Below, piece after piece: positions 50,345-62,870 of a DNA stretch of 64,000 bases. Both the position numbers and the translations under genes were made by a program. Position 1 is the stretch's first letter; every line of letters begins with the position of its first letter. The notes beneath the pieces are model-generated. The model searched no databases. It worked only from the letters and a program-made list of their open reading frames with translations, and was not told where the DNA came from. This stretch comes from Mobula hypostoma (taxonomy: Eukaryota). The stretch lies in assembly GCF_963921235.1 (NCBI RefSeq), contig NC_086097.1, positions 62,560,001-62,624,000 on the forward strand. The letters run 5' to 3'.

Positions 50345-51566
50345 TGTTGTGTTCTTTATATTCATATGTACCGTGGGTTACTAATAAAGAACCATCTTCT
50401 GGAAGAAATAGATCTTTTATTTAACAACAACCGCAACGTTTTTACAATACCATTTTTCCTGATCTTTCTATCATTCCTGTGCATGCTCAGAACTCTGTCC
50501 AATCACGTTCTTACACGTCCTATCACCACATCTTCCTTTCCTCAAAAAGAAAAACAATTAGCAATATTGACTAGAGAAAATGCATAATTTAACATGTCTC
50601 TGTCAATCTCTCGGGGGGTTTATGAACACGAGTAGACCTTCTCAGTGGTTCACACAGTTCTTGTGTTTCGTTGTTATTATTTTTTCTAATATGTTTGCAC
50701 TTCCTCACAGCGTCTGCATTGCAGTTCTCAATGAAAAGGTCTTTAGCCTGTGACTTCATGGTTTCTGAAGCTTTGCAGAGCATCAAAGCTTTTTCCAAGT
50801 CTAAGTCTTGTTCTCTTAACAGTCTTTCTCTCTGACTATTGTCCAGAATGCCACAAACAATTCTGTCCTCAATGAGAGAGTCTGTCAGTTCTCCAAACTC
50901 GCACGTTTTACTCCGGTGTCTCAACTCAGTCACATATTGATCAATAGTTTCACTAGCTCTCTGCATACATGTAAAAAAATCTATGCCGCTCGTACGTCAT
51001 ATTACGCTTCTGTGTACAAAATGCTTCAAATTTGTCCATTATCAATTTTAACTTTAAATTATCTCCATTTTCAAAAATAAAATGATTATATACCTCAATT
51101 GCGTCGTCACCTATTATGTGGAGTAGAAGCGCAGCTTTCGTTTTTTCTGGTTTTCAATCCACATCGATCGCCGATAAATACAATTCAAAACGTTGCTTAA
51201 ATTTTCTCTAATTCTCAGCTACATTCCCAGACAATTGAAGTGTCGATGGAGGCCGCAAACCTTCCATTTGTAAAACTGTAAGCAAACACCAAAACAGTTC
51301 AAACTCTTTTTTCAGAAAATTATCTTCGATTCTCCCGCGTTAAGAAATGTATTATTCTTCCAGACCGACTTCTGACACCATGTCGTGTTCTTTATATTCA
51401 TACGTTCCATGGGTTACTAATAAAGAACACTCTTCTATAAGAAACAAAAAATTTATTTAACAACAACCACAATGTTTTCACACTACCGTCTTTCTCGATC
51501 TTTCTATCATTCCTGCGCATGCTCAGAACTCTCTCCAATCATGTTCTTACACATCACATCACCACA
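50345..51566 (-). mobile_element. Short non-autonomous gag-only Gypsy LTR element (1222 bp)
   Basis: 186-bp LTRs at 50345-50530 and 51381-51566 (TG...CA); PBS TGGTGTCAGAAGT (51380-51368); PPT GGAAAGGAAGA; imperfect 5-bp TSD CTATA/CTGCA. Confidence 0.92.
50589..51267 (-). pseudogene. Gypsy gag (two stops, one frameshift) fused in frame to a pol/integrase-type tail
   Basis: MEGLRPPSTLQLSGNVAEN*RKFKQRFELYL...ERHRFF...CEFGELTDSLIEDRIVCGI...RERLLRE, then EPLRRSTRVHKPPERL. Confidence 0.85.
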
Positions 51567-52599
51567 CTGCACATAAAAAAATGAGAAAGATAGGGCGACA
51601 GACACAGAAAATAAAAATAAGACTGCAAATGTCTGTAGTCCAAGTCCATATTCGAAAGACAGAAAATCTGGGTAACCTTCTCCGGGCATAGTGGCAGGCT
51701 CTCCCCTTTCCAGTAGCAGAGCCATTCTCAGCAATCCAAAGGCAATCTGTGTCTATGTTTCATGTTTATGGATACAGGCCAAATGTGAGCAGAAAGGACT
51801 GACTTAAATTACCAGTTCCATGCTGTATTACTCTTTGACTCTTTGAACTCAGGATATGAAGTCAGGTGATCAGTTGGGTGGAGAGCAGCATCTCTGTTTA
51901 ATTGAGGATTGAAGATCGGGATCCTGATTAGGGGATTATGGCAGTTGGCCCAGAAGAATCTAGGCAATATTGGAGTGATGGAGCAGTGATTGTTGAGTTT
52001 TGGAACTAGAACCAGGAGCAACTAGAGATCAGGGAGGACTGAACGGATTGGATGATGACATTTCCCTACTTTGACAGGTTAGTTGAGTGGAAAGGGGTAC
52101 TTGGTTTGTGAAGGATAAACTCAGTTTAGAGCAATCACAATCCAAACTAGCATTCCTACAACTGAAGATGACCAACTGTAATCAGTCTTCGTTCAAAGTG
52201 GATTAATTTCCTTCACAGGACTCCAAATGAAGCATTGCATGCGTGGAGAATATCATCTGACAGGACAAATGCAACTCATGCCGGGAAGTGCCCAGGCAAA
52301 TATCTGAATTAATGTGACATGATTTGGAAATGACTCTGATTGTATTTCCTTTGGGAAAAGTGTGTTTTCAGTTGTGTTTGACATAAATAAGCAGAGACAC
52401 ATGATTCAGTACCTCCACTGTTGTTTTAAATACAATTGTCTTAGGGCTGTTTAATATGCTGATTAAGTGGCAGCATAGAAGGTTATCCCTGATTGATATT
52501 ACTACACAGCTTTTCAAATAGAATTAGCTCATTATACTACGCTTCTGAAATTCATTCCACTGAAAAAGGGTCTCATATTTTCCCCATGTATATGATGAA

Positions 52600-53412
52600 T
52601 ATGCTCCTCTCGGGCTTCCAGCTGGGTACAGGTATCAATTATAACCAACATTTCGATGACAAATGCCTGGGCATTTCTAGTTCGATGGTATTTATACCAC
52701 CATAGTCCATCCTTCCTGATGGTTAGTCCTTATCCAAACAGGTTTCCACTTTCCCACCTTGTTTGCAATCAAGTTCCAGTTCTTACTTAGAGCGAGACTT
52801 TTCGTCTTTGTTAAAATTCTTTTCCTCTAGTTTTATTTCAATAGCTTCCTTTACCAGGACTGTCTTCCCTATGTTTCTCCAGGATTCTGAAGAACTATCA
52901 GATTAGTACCATCCATAAACCCGTAAGGAAGCTCAAATCACAGCTTATGTAGGTCAAAAATGACTTGGGACTCCGATCAGCTGGCATTTCCAGGATTCCC
53001 TGTTAATGCAGAGCAGTGTTTATCAACTAGACAGAATGCATGGTGGAAACCCACATCGAGGAACACTTGAGGTGAATCCATTTGTGTTACCCAGAGAATT
53101 GGTGATAGCAGAATGCTGCAGTTGCAATGGCTGTAGGATTGACTACAACAGCATAAAAGTACTGTGCACACCAATGGCTTTACGGCTCGTCCTAGGTGAG
53201 AACTGGAATTTGATTGTGATCAAGGTGGGAGAGCAGAAACATGATTGGATGAGGACTAACCAATCGGGATGGACAGACAATAGTGGTATAGATACCACTG
53301 GACTGGACATGTCCAGGCATCATCCCTGATGAAGATGGTAGAGTTTGTCATTGAAATTTTCGGTTGTAACCGATTCTTGTACACGACTGGAAGCCTAAGA
53401 GGAGTTTATTTG
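52600..53412 (+). mobile_element. Penelope-like element 3' portion (GIY-YIG remnant, +, ~52860-53412) preceded by an inverted copy of its own 3' end (-, ~52600-52858)
   Basis: HKPVRKLKSQLM..K.DLGLRSAGISRIPC...ETHIEEH (decayed GIY-YIG). TGGTTAGTCCTTATCCAAAC pairs with GATTGGATGAGGACTAACCA. Confidence 0.8.
53320..53365 (+). ncRNA. Decayed hammerhead ribozyme motif of a second Penelope family
   Basis: CTGATGA (53326-32), stem II GATGGTAGA/TTTGTCATT, GAAA (53353-56); stem III is mutated. Confidence 0.5.
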
Positions 53413-54071
53413 TTCATTCTATTGACTTGAACATTACCTATCAGCAGCGAATTCCAGGGCTCATATTTATTACCCATCCTTTTGCTTGCTTAAACACACT
53501 CAGTAACCTTCACATTGAATTGAAATACTGTCATCAGTATTTCAACTGGCCATCAATAAAGCAATTATGATATACCTGTATGTTCTATTCAGGAGGGAGT
53601 CTAACTTGGAGGCAATGACTCACTTTTACTTGTGGTACATTCTGCCTTTGATATGTTGGAGCTGGGAAATGAAGCACGTGTATCCCTTTGCACTAAAGGG
53701 AGGTCTGTATTCCTTCCAATGCTTTGTGCTCACACTAGCAGCTGTTGTCTGAAAGGGAGCAATTAAGCATAGTCAACTCACTTCTAAGTTCACAGAAATG
53801 GAGAAGAGATGAGACATACTCAATCCTGTAGGACAGTCTACGTAGCTAGATAGAGTATCTGGTGGAATCACTGTCGTAAGCATCAGCTGTGCCTGGAGGC
53901 TGTTACTGAAACACTGCTCTGAACCACCTCATCTCCAGTCTGGAAGCAAACCGGTGCATGACCATGGCTCCTCCGAGTAACCAGCAAAACAATAAGTGCC
54001 ATGCTCTGGAAGGTATTTGTGACTGGAACAGGTGACAGCTTTCAGTAAGCAACTATTACTGATGTACTAAT

Positions 54072-54292
54072 TGTTGTGATTTAATATTTCAGTTATATTT
54101 GAGTAATCTTGCATATATATTGTTTGATTAATCATTCTTGATTAATAATTAATTACAGGTGATATGTAAAAATACATCAATTGCCACGCCTTGCAAACCT
54201 CGCTTAAAGTGAAGATGAAGCCAGACCCACATTCCTGAACTCCCGTGTTTTCATTGAATTAAGTTGATGTTTTGGAGCTACAAAACGTATCA
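54072..54292 (+). mobile_element. Solo LTR related to the LTRs of the Gypsy remnant at 14738-18300
   Basis: TGTTGTG.TTTAATATTTCA...TGTTTGATTAA.CATTCTT...CTTAAAGT...GTTTTGGAGCTACAAAACGTATCA. Confidence 0.75.
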
Positions 54293-54599
54293 CTAGCAGC
54301 TCTGAAAATTACTCCCTGTGGATTTAAAGTGGCTGTATCCACCAACTGAGATCATTGATTCTTCCTCTTTCTTCAAATATTTAGCCCACTTAGTAATCCC
54401 TGCTCTTCTGACACCTTAGCAGAGGCCCTCTAAGGAAATGTTTCTAAGGTGGATGAAAACTTGAGCTGACTTGATAGATTTATAGGCTTAGAATATTGCC
54501 AAGCCTGATGGCCTACTACTGAAATTTTGAAGGATCATCCCGTGTCACAAAACTACCAGGATTATTACACCCTGCAGGAAAATGTAAGTTCCACACTCT

Positions 54600-55600
54600 C
54601 ATAGCAACAAGACCAGCTGAACATAAACACTCAACACTGGCTTGCCACAGGGTCTGTGCTTGCATCAGCTGCTCTCAACAACTACACAGCAGATATGCCT
54701 TACAATAAATACTGAATGTTTATCTTTGTTAACAACATTTCCCTGCTAGCTCTAGAGGAAGCAAGGAAGGTGTTCAAAGAGCCATGCACATACTGGAATG
54801 GCTATTACCAAACCTGTTGCTTCTGGCCCACTTCAGACAAGTTATTGATGTCAACATTTCATCTGAAGAACAAGGATGCTGGGAAAGAACCAAAGGTCTC
54901 CTTCTGCAGAAGGCAGTTTATCTGTTAGCTTCATCCTAAATACCTCGCTGCCACCTTAGACAGGACTTTCACATAAATCGTCTGCATCTAACTAAAACTT
55001 CAATAAGAAGGGTGGACCTGTTTCGGCAAACTTGGTAGAATGTCACCAGGAAGGCTAGAATACTCTGCATTTCAGAATTGGCCAATGCATACCCTGCTGC
55101 CAAAACCTGGAGCTCCTCTTGATCCTGCACCATTGCATGTCAATCAGAGATGTGCTGATAAATGCCACCATGCAGATGACGACTCGGACAAGCAGCACCC
55201 AGCCTGATCCAAGCACCTCACCTGCCAGTGGGCTGCATTTCCAACAGCCTCTATGAAGTGGGAAGATTCATGAGTAGCAAACTTATCCCATTTACAAAGA
55301 TTTCCCAAAATGGCCGCACAAACATGCTGGGAAAGCAGTCAACATCTGTGCTGCAAAAACAAACCAACATTTGGAAGGAGCAGGGGAGAGAATGAAGAGA
55401 ACAAATGAAGATTACAAATATGTTATCCCAAACCCCATAGCAGAAGTACCTCACCTTACCCTTCCCAAAAGACAGTGAAAAGCTGTCAACAAAATCCATT
55501 CAGGCTGTGGATGGCATAGCCATCTGCTTCACAGATAAAAGATACTGAATCGTGCTAAGAGCACAAAGCCGTAATTCCCAGGGTATGGAATATCATATAA
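54600..55600 (+). mobile_element. Highly decayed I-group (Ingi/Vingi-like) LINE RT and C-terminal remnant
   Basis: GSVLA, MSTFHLKN, PKYLAATLDRTFT, LPKRQ*KAVNKIHSG remnants. Confidence 0.55.
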
Positions 55601-55629
55601 AGTGTCTTATTGTCCACTGAGTTCATTGA

Positions 55630-56325
55630 GTTACACAACACGGAAATAGGCCCTTCAGACTAAGTTTTCCATGCCGACTCAGGAGCCCCATCTAAGCTAG
55701 GTGCTTTTGCTGGTGTTTGGCTCATAACCCTCTTCCTCTTTCCAATCCATATACCCATCCAACTGTCTGTAATTTTACTTGCTTCCACCACTTCCTCTGG
55801 CTGCTTACTCCACATACATGCAAAATGTTGTCTCTCAAGCTCTGATTAAATCCCCTCTCACTGTAGTTTTTGATTTCCCTCCTCCGGAGAAATAAAGTGC
55901 ATTCACCCTATCCATGCCCCACATGATATAATATGTGTGTTGGTTGCCTGTTGTTTTCCAAAGATGACGTAAACCTGCGGGAGGAGTTTTATAGTGAAAA
56001 AGCCATTGCACTGGGCCAGTTCCACTCTCTCGGCTTCAAAAGTCTTGGCCCAATGGTACGAAAAATTTTCACGACTGGAGACTTCCTTGGCTACAGTGGA
56101 TTGCCATGATGCCTTTATGCCTTGTCATGCCCTTTTCACCATCACCCTCTACTTTCTGCCATCAAGCCAGTTGTATATCCACTTAACCAGCTCACCCTCG
56201 ATTCCATGTGATCTAACCTCCCAGAGCAGCCAACCACAGGAATCTTATCAAAGGCCTTAATGAAGTCCATATAGACCACATGTACTGCCCTAAACTCATC
56301 GACTTTCTTGGTCACATCATCAAAA
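55630..56325 (-). mobile_element. Decayed CR1 fragments (3' end ~55630-55930; RT ~56140-56325)
   Basis: ACAACACGGAAATAGGCCCTTC 3' motif; antisense VVYMDFIKAFDKIP. Confidence 0.7.
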
Positions 56326-57229
56326 TAAAAAAAAATCAATCAACACCTTGATATGTTAAATGATATTGACTTGTTTAAGAGAATTGATATTCAGTAAGTG
56401 ACCCTTGAGGTGCCATGTTTTGTAAAAAAAATAAGAACAGTCTTAAGTCATTCTATTAGAGTAGGAACATCTGCCAACATGTTTTGGGGCAACTAGTTTG
56501 TAAAAAAGATCTTCAATTTCTGCCATATTGCTCGTGGAGGTCATACAATCGCAGAGTTGCTATACAATGGAAGGAGTTTAGCATATCCAAGTGTGTCTTT
56601 CTGAAGTAGACCATCCAGTCCGTTCATACACTGTTTTCCTCCTATCTAATTCTGTTTTGAAAGCGCAGATTAATTATCACAGAAAGCAAGTTACTGATCA
56701 TGACCACTCTGCACAACGTTTGTACCTCATCCCCATCAATTCAAGCATATGTATCCACATCCTTGAAACATTCACTAGAACCTTGATTGGTCTAATACAC
56801 CCCTGTCAAGCCTTCTGTTGAGCTCTTATTCCTGGGAGAATTTGTCCAATCTAACTTTTAAATTATAATCCTTCAGCTCTTGTGCCATTCTGATAAATCT
56901 TTATGCACGCTCTCTAAGACCTTCAAATCCTCTTTACTGTCAGGTGACCAGAACTAGATGCAATTCATGAATTGTGGCTTAACCGGTGCTTTATCAAGAT
57001 TCAGTATTTAAACTCTGCTTTTCTACTGTACGACTTATAAAGCCCAGGAATCCAAATGCTTTACTTACCAGGTTGGAAATTTTAAAAGCTTTAGCTATAT
57101 CAGAAAAGTATTGTACAATCAAAATCATGAAGCAAATCACACAGAAATATTTAATAATCCCGTTAAGTGGCATTGGTGGGACATTCTTACTGTTGCTGTT
57201 GTGTTCAGCCATGACTTGGTGCAGCCTTA

Positions 57230-57660
57230 ACCATATAACCATATAATAATTACAGCACGGAAACAGGCCATCTCCGCCCTTCTAGTCCATGCCGAGCTCT
57301 TACTCTCACCTAGTCCCACCGACCTGCACTCAGCCCATAACCCTCCATTCCTTTCCTGTCCATATATCTGTCCAACTCAACTTTAAACGACAACATCGAA
57401 CCTGCCTCAACCACTTCTGCTGGAAGCTCGTTCCACACAGCCACCACTCTCTGAGTAAAGAAGTTCCCCTTCATGTTACCCCTAAACTTTTGCCCTTTAA
57501 CTCTTAACTCATGTCCTCTTGTTTGAATCTCCCCCAGTCTCAATGGAAAAAGCCTATCCACGTCAACTCTGTCAATCCCCCTCATAATTTTAAACATCTC
57601 TATCAAGTCCCCCCTCAACCTTCTACATTCCAAAGAATAAAGATCTAACTTGTTCAACCT
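57230..57660 (-). mobile_element. CR1 3' end, well preserved
   Basis: LNKLDLYSLECRRLRGDLIE...FFTQRVVAVWNELP; ACCATATAACCATATA tail. Confidence 0.9.
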
Positions 57661-57689
57661 CGTCTAATTTAAAACTTGAACCTGTGGAC

Positions 57690-58235
57690 CAACTCCTCCT
57701 CTTTTCGTAACCAGTTTACAATTACTAGAACTATGGAAGCTGGTCCCAACGTGCTCCCCCAATGCCCCATTACCCAAGGCTAGGTTAGGCTTTGCCCTCT
57801 CACTAGTAGGGCTCTTTATATATTGTCCAAGGAAGTTCACTTAACAAATTTCACCCTGTTTAAGCCCGTAACAGTATGGCAGGTTAGGCAAGTTAAAATC
57901 TCTTTCTATGACAACCATATTATTCTCATGTCTCACCACAATCTGCTTCCATATTTGTCCTCTAATTTGTATTTACTGTTTGGGACCCAATAGTAGAAAG
58001 CTTTTAAAGTGATTATCTCCTTTTTATTTCCCAATTCCACCCATAAAGCCTCACTGTATCATCTTTCAGCAATTTCACCTCCAACTACTACCGCGAAATT
58101 TCCCCTTAATCAGAAACGCAGCTCCCCATCCTCTCTTTTCTGCACCCACCTAAAGCACCTGTGCCCCAGAACATTAAACTGCGAGTCCTGTCCCTCCCTT
58201 AGCCATGTTCCTGCAGTGGCTATAATATCCCAAAC
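57690..58235 (-). mobile_element. Decayed CR1 endonuclease-region fragment
   Basis: Antisense WDIIATAGTWL (AITETWL-like), LWVELGNKKE. Confidence 0.6.
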
Positions 58236-58514
58236 ACACACAGCTAGCTATCCAATGATGCACTGGCAAAAATTCATTGCTGAAATTAAATATCATTGAA
58301 GATAGTGGTCAACTGACTTCTTGACTCACTGCAATATTTCTAGTGATGGTGCTCCTGTGATCTGTTGAGTATGGTTCTGTGATTTCAATTCAGTGACAAT
58401 GAAGGAGCGGCAAAATGTTCAGGATGGTGTGCAATTTACCTGTTCTTACCCTTGGTCGGTGAGGCTGCGGCTTGGGAAGCAGGATGAGTAGTTGGTGGTA
58501 CTTGCAAACCCATT

Positions 58515-59078
58515 TTCTAAGAAAGGATGTGCTGGCATTTTAGAGGGTCCAGAGGAGGTTCATGAGAATGATCCTTGGGAATGAAATGAAAGGGTTAACA
58601 GAAGAGGAGCATTTGATGGCTCTTGGGCCCGTACTTGCCAGAGTATAAAGAATAGCGGGGGGTGGGGTGGAATCTCATTGCAACATTCAGTATACAGTAT
58701 TGAATACTGAAAGGCCTAGATAGAGTGGACATAGTGAAAATGTTTCCTATTGTTGTGGAATATAGGACCGGAGGGCATAGCCTCAGAATAGAAGGATGTC
58801 CTTTTAGAACAGAGATGAGGAGGAATTTCTTTAGCCAGAGGGAGGTGAATCTGTGGAATTCGTTGCCACAGACAGCTGCATGGGCAAAGTCTTAAAGTGG
58901 AGATTACAGAATTTGAAGTGGAGATCGATATGTTCTTGATTAGTAAGGGTATCAAAGGTTAGAGAGAGAAGGCAGGAGAATAGGATTAAGAGGAATAATA
59001 AATCAGCTATGGTGGAATGGCAGAGCAGATTCGATGGTTCAAATGGCCGAATTCTGCTCCTATATCTTATAGTCTTAT
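58515..59078 (+). mobile_element. Decayed CR1 3' fragment
   Basis: Same family as 7315-7895; ends AATTCTGCTCCTATATCTTATAGTCTTAT. Confidence 0.8.
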
Positions 59079-59134
59079 AAATGATTACCAGTTTCCATTT
59101 CTCCTTTCTCTTTATCTACCCTGATAGTCACTGA

Positions 59135-59360
59135 ATTTATTTATTTATTGAGATACAGTGCAAAATATCCCCTTCCGCGGTGCAATCCCCCAATTTAACC
59201 CGAGCCTACTCACAAGATAATCTACAGTGACCAATTAACCTACCAACCAATGCATCTTTGGACTGTGGGAGGAAACTGGAGCACCAGGAGGAAACCCACA
59301 CGATCACTGGGACAACATATAAACTCCTTACAGGTAGCGGGGAGAATTGAACTATTGAAT
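59135..59360 (-). mobile_element. V-SINE (HE1-like), partial
   Basis: TCTTTGGACTGTGGGAGGAAACTGGAGCACCAGGAGGAAACCCAC V-domain core; (TTTA)n tail. Confidence 0.8.
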
Positions 59361-60654
59361 TGTTCACTACAAAACACCATGAACTCTCAAATCAAACAAT
59401 GCCTCCTCCCTCAGCTGATAAATCTTCCTCCTTTACACTGAACAATACTTGGAAAAAGCATTGAAAGTAGCAAGTACGGAGAAACTTCAATAAGAGTGGA
59501 CTGGTGGCATCACTCACTCTCAGCGATCCAGTTGTTGGAAGACACAGCTACGAAATTGCTAATGCATCTGTGTAATGTAATTGCTAATACATCACTGATA
59601 GAACTGACCATCTCATATCCTTGTGGAGACCAGCTTCAACTGGAGCAGGGGTTCCCAAATGGGGTCCACCGACTCCTTGGGTATGGTAAGGCTCCATGGC
59701 ATAAAGAAAGGTTGGGAACCCTGATCTACATCATGTTGGAAGGTGGATAGGTTAGTATCAGATCAAATATGGCAGCTCAAAGCTAAGTATCAATAAGTTG
59801 TGGTGGACCATCTGTAGTCGCAAAAAAGTGTACATCTCACCACAATTTGTAACTCATGGTCTGGCATATCAGATCATAAAACCTCAGTCAGCCATTCAAA
59901 CAAGTTAGAGGATCAACCCTGGTTTAATGAAGAATGCAAATATGCATGCTGAGAGCAACATGTGTAACTTCTAAAACTGAGATGCTAACCTGGTAAAGCT
60001 GGACTACCTGCACACTGAAGAGCAAGACGCATGTGATAGACAGCAATAGGCAATCTCACAAACATCCTTGTAGAACAAGACTCACAACGCTGCTACAGCC
60101 AGTCCTGAACAATGGTACACCACCAACCAGCTAACAGGCATAGAACAACTCAAGGACATATCCCAGTGGTGGCAAGGCTCAACATGTCGGGGCCATGGAC
60201 AAGATGAAGTATTGGCAACCTTGTCCAGCCAGAACTGTTGAGAATATGATATACCTTGCCTTCCTCATAAGATATCTACAATCACAGTCTTTGGCCAGTA
60301 TACATAAATACACATAAATGAATATTCAATCCTGATCTGATGAGTGTCAGATGCAGTTTGGGAGGACTAAAAGGGCAGATACTTACACCGAGAATGATAG
60401 GACCTTAGAGAAACAGAGGGACCTTGATCTACAAATTCAAAGATCCCTGAAAGTGGTAGAACAGGTAGATAAACATGTTCGAGATCAGTCCCTAAACTAA
60501 CAGTGACTGCACCAATTCAGCTGACTGTCATAGTAATCCTCCTGCTCTGCGCAGTGCTGTTAGGCCTTCACCAACATGAGACCCATCACAAATGCCACAG
60601 CTTTTGTAACTATATAGCATCTGATGCACCATAAAAATACACTTGGATGAGACT

Positions 60655-61330
60655 GAATTTCAAAGGTTTAAAGGTTCTTTTATTATCAAAGTATGTATGC
60701 AGTATGCATCTCTGAGATTCATCTTCTCCAGATAGCCATGAAACAAAGAAAAAATATGAAAGTTGTTCAGAGAGAAACATCACCCCACCCCACCCTTCCC
60801 CCCCACACACACACACACATTAAAAAAATTGTATCCCAATCATCAACCCACAAATCCCCTTCACCCGCACAAAATTGACCCCACCCCCCACTTTCCCCCT
60901 GCACAAAATGCAACAAGTACATCGACTCCCATATTCCCCTCTCCCGCACATACCACATCAAGAACATCCTTATCAACCCCTCCCCTGCACAAAAAAACTA
61001 ACAGAATATAGCAAGAACATCAAACCCCAAAATTCCTCCCCTTGCACAACAAAACGGAAAAGGAACGGACAAAAGGCACAGAAAATAAAAACTCTAAGTC
61101 TGAAAAAATCCACAGTCCATAACACAATAGTCCTATCCATAAACCCAGAATCACGGTAAGACCCACCAACGTCAAACACAGAGAGGCCCACCCACCTGCC
61201 ACAGTGAGCCGCACAGCGACAGGCTGCTCACCAACTCCTTCTCTGGCAGCAATCAAAGGGCAGGCAGTTGTCGATGAACTCTCGTTCTCCTTCCATATTC
61301 GTCCCAATTTCTCAATCTTCCTCGATGCTT
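60655..61330 (-). mobile_element. LINE/SINE-type 3' repeat with internal C-rich reiterations (related to the host of the Gypsy insertion at ~50220-50344 and 51567-51700)
   Basis: AAAGGTTC.TTTATTATCAAAGTAT...TAGCCATGAAAC.AAGAAA is shared with 50226-50300. Confidence 0.6.
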
Positions 61331-61391
61331 TAAACTGCAATTAATGGACACTTTAGCTGGCAAATTGGAGTTGAACATCGGCTCCATTTTA

Positions 61392-62828
61392 CGAGAGGTG
61401 ATTGGTAAGTTCATGGCCTAAGGTAGAAGGAGTTAATTTTAGAAAACCTACCACATTTATTTTTCCTACATTTACGGCATTTAGTCCAGCGGTCATGGAG
61501 CATATGGATCCCTGCTTTGTAGAAATCAGCATTTTGGACCTCCAGAAAGTGGTCCACAGCAGGGGTAATTGATAAGTTTGTGGCCTAAGGTAGAAGGAGA
61601 TGAGTTATACAGCTCTCGTTACATGCACATGCAGTTCATCTCTGGGTGATTATGCAGAAAGTTTGAAGTCATCTTGAGGAAATACTGTACGTCAGTGTGC
61701 TACAGGATGAAAAGGCGCTATTTCTTCAACTGCCCCTAGTTTCTCCTTTATCCCTACCCTATTATGTCTGCAGATAGCAGAACAAATATACTTTATACTT
61801 TATTGTCGCCAAACAATTGATACTAGAACGTACAATCATCACAATGATATACGGTGCGGCTCACTGTGGCAGGTAGGTGGGCCTCTCTGTGTTTGTGTGG
61901 TGTCCCTCTTTTTAGGTGACGTTGGTGGGTCTTACCGTGATTCTGGGTTTATGGATAGGACCATTGTGTTATGGACTGTGGATTTTTTCAGACTTAAGAG
62001 TTTTTATTTTCTGTGCCTTTTGTCCGTTCCTTTTCCGTTTTGTTGTGCAAGGGGAGGGATTTTGGGGTTTGATGTTCTTGCTGTATTCTGTTACATACAG
62101 CAATTTTTTGGTTTGTGAAGGATTGAATGTCAGTTTTAATCAGAGTTTTGTAGATATTAAACATTACAAATGAGAACCAGTGCAACAAGAAAAACTGTCG
62201 AGGGTTCTCAGCCTCAGGCAACATCTGTGAAGAGAGAAGGATAGTGAATATTTCAGATTGAGAGCTTGTGATTGAAATCCATCAAGTCCCAATGCTTTGA
62301 GTCCCTGACCTGCTTATTCCTCCACATCCAGGCATCTAACTGTCTTGTGTCTCCAAATGAGAATCAGAAGTGGTCCACAGCAGGGGTGATTGATAAGTTT
62401 GTGGTAGAAGGAGATGAGTTATTAATTTCAAACTTTCTGCATTTTTACTCAGAGAGTTGTACTGCACATGCATGTAACGAGAGCTGTATAACTCATGTCC
62501 TTCTACCTTAGGCCACAATCTTTTCAATCACCTCTGCTGTTGACACCTGGAGGTCCAAGACGCTCTCGTTACATGCACGTACAGTTCAACTCTTTGAGTA
62601 ATAATGCAGAAAGTTTGAAGTTAATAACTCATATCCTTCTACCTTAGGCCACAAACTTATCAATCACCCCTGCTGTGGACCGCTTCTACAAAGAAGGGAT
62701 CTGTATGCTCCGCGACCGCTGGACTAAGTGTGTACATGTAGAAGGGGACTATGTTGAAAAATAAACGTGCTAGGTTTTCTAAAATTGGCTCTTCTACCTT
62801 ATGCCACAAACTTATCAATCACCCCTCG
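61392..62828. mobile_element. Mariner-derived multi-TIR structure (two inverted parts, ~61392-61670 and ~62365-62828)
   Basis: Outer TA + CGAG(A/G)GGTGATTG(G/A)TAAGTT TIRs at both ends; mariner transposase C-terminus LRDRWTKCVHVEGDYVEK* at ~62708-62764, with a partial inverted counterpart at ~61455-61510; four more internal TIR copies. Confidence 0.8.
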
Positions 62829-62870
62829 TATACCTTTTGAATGATAAGAAACCCCTTTTTACTTGTCATC

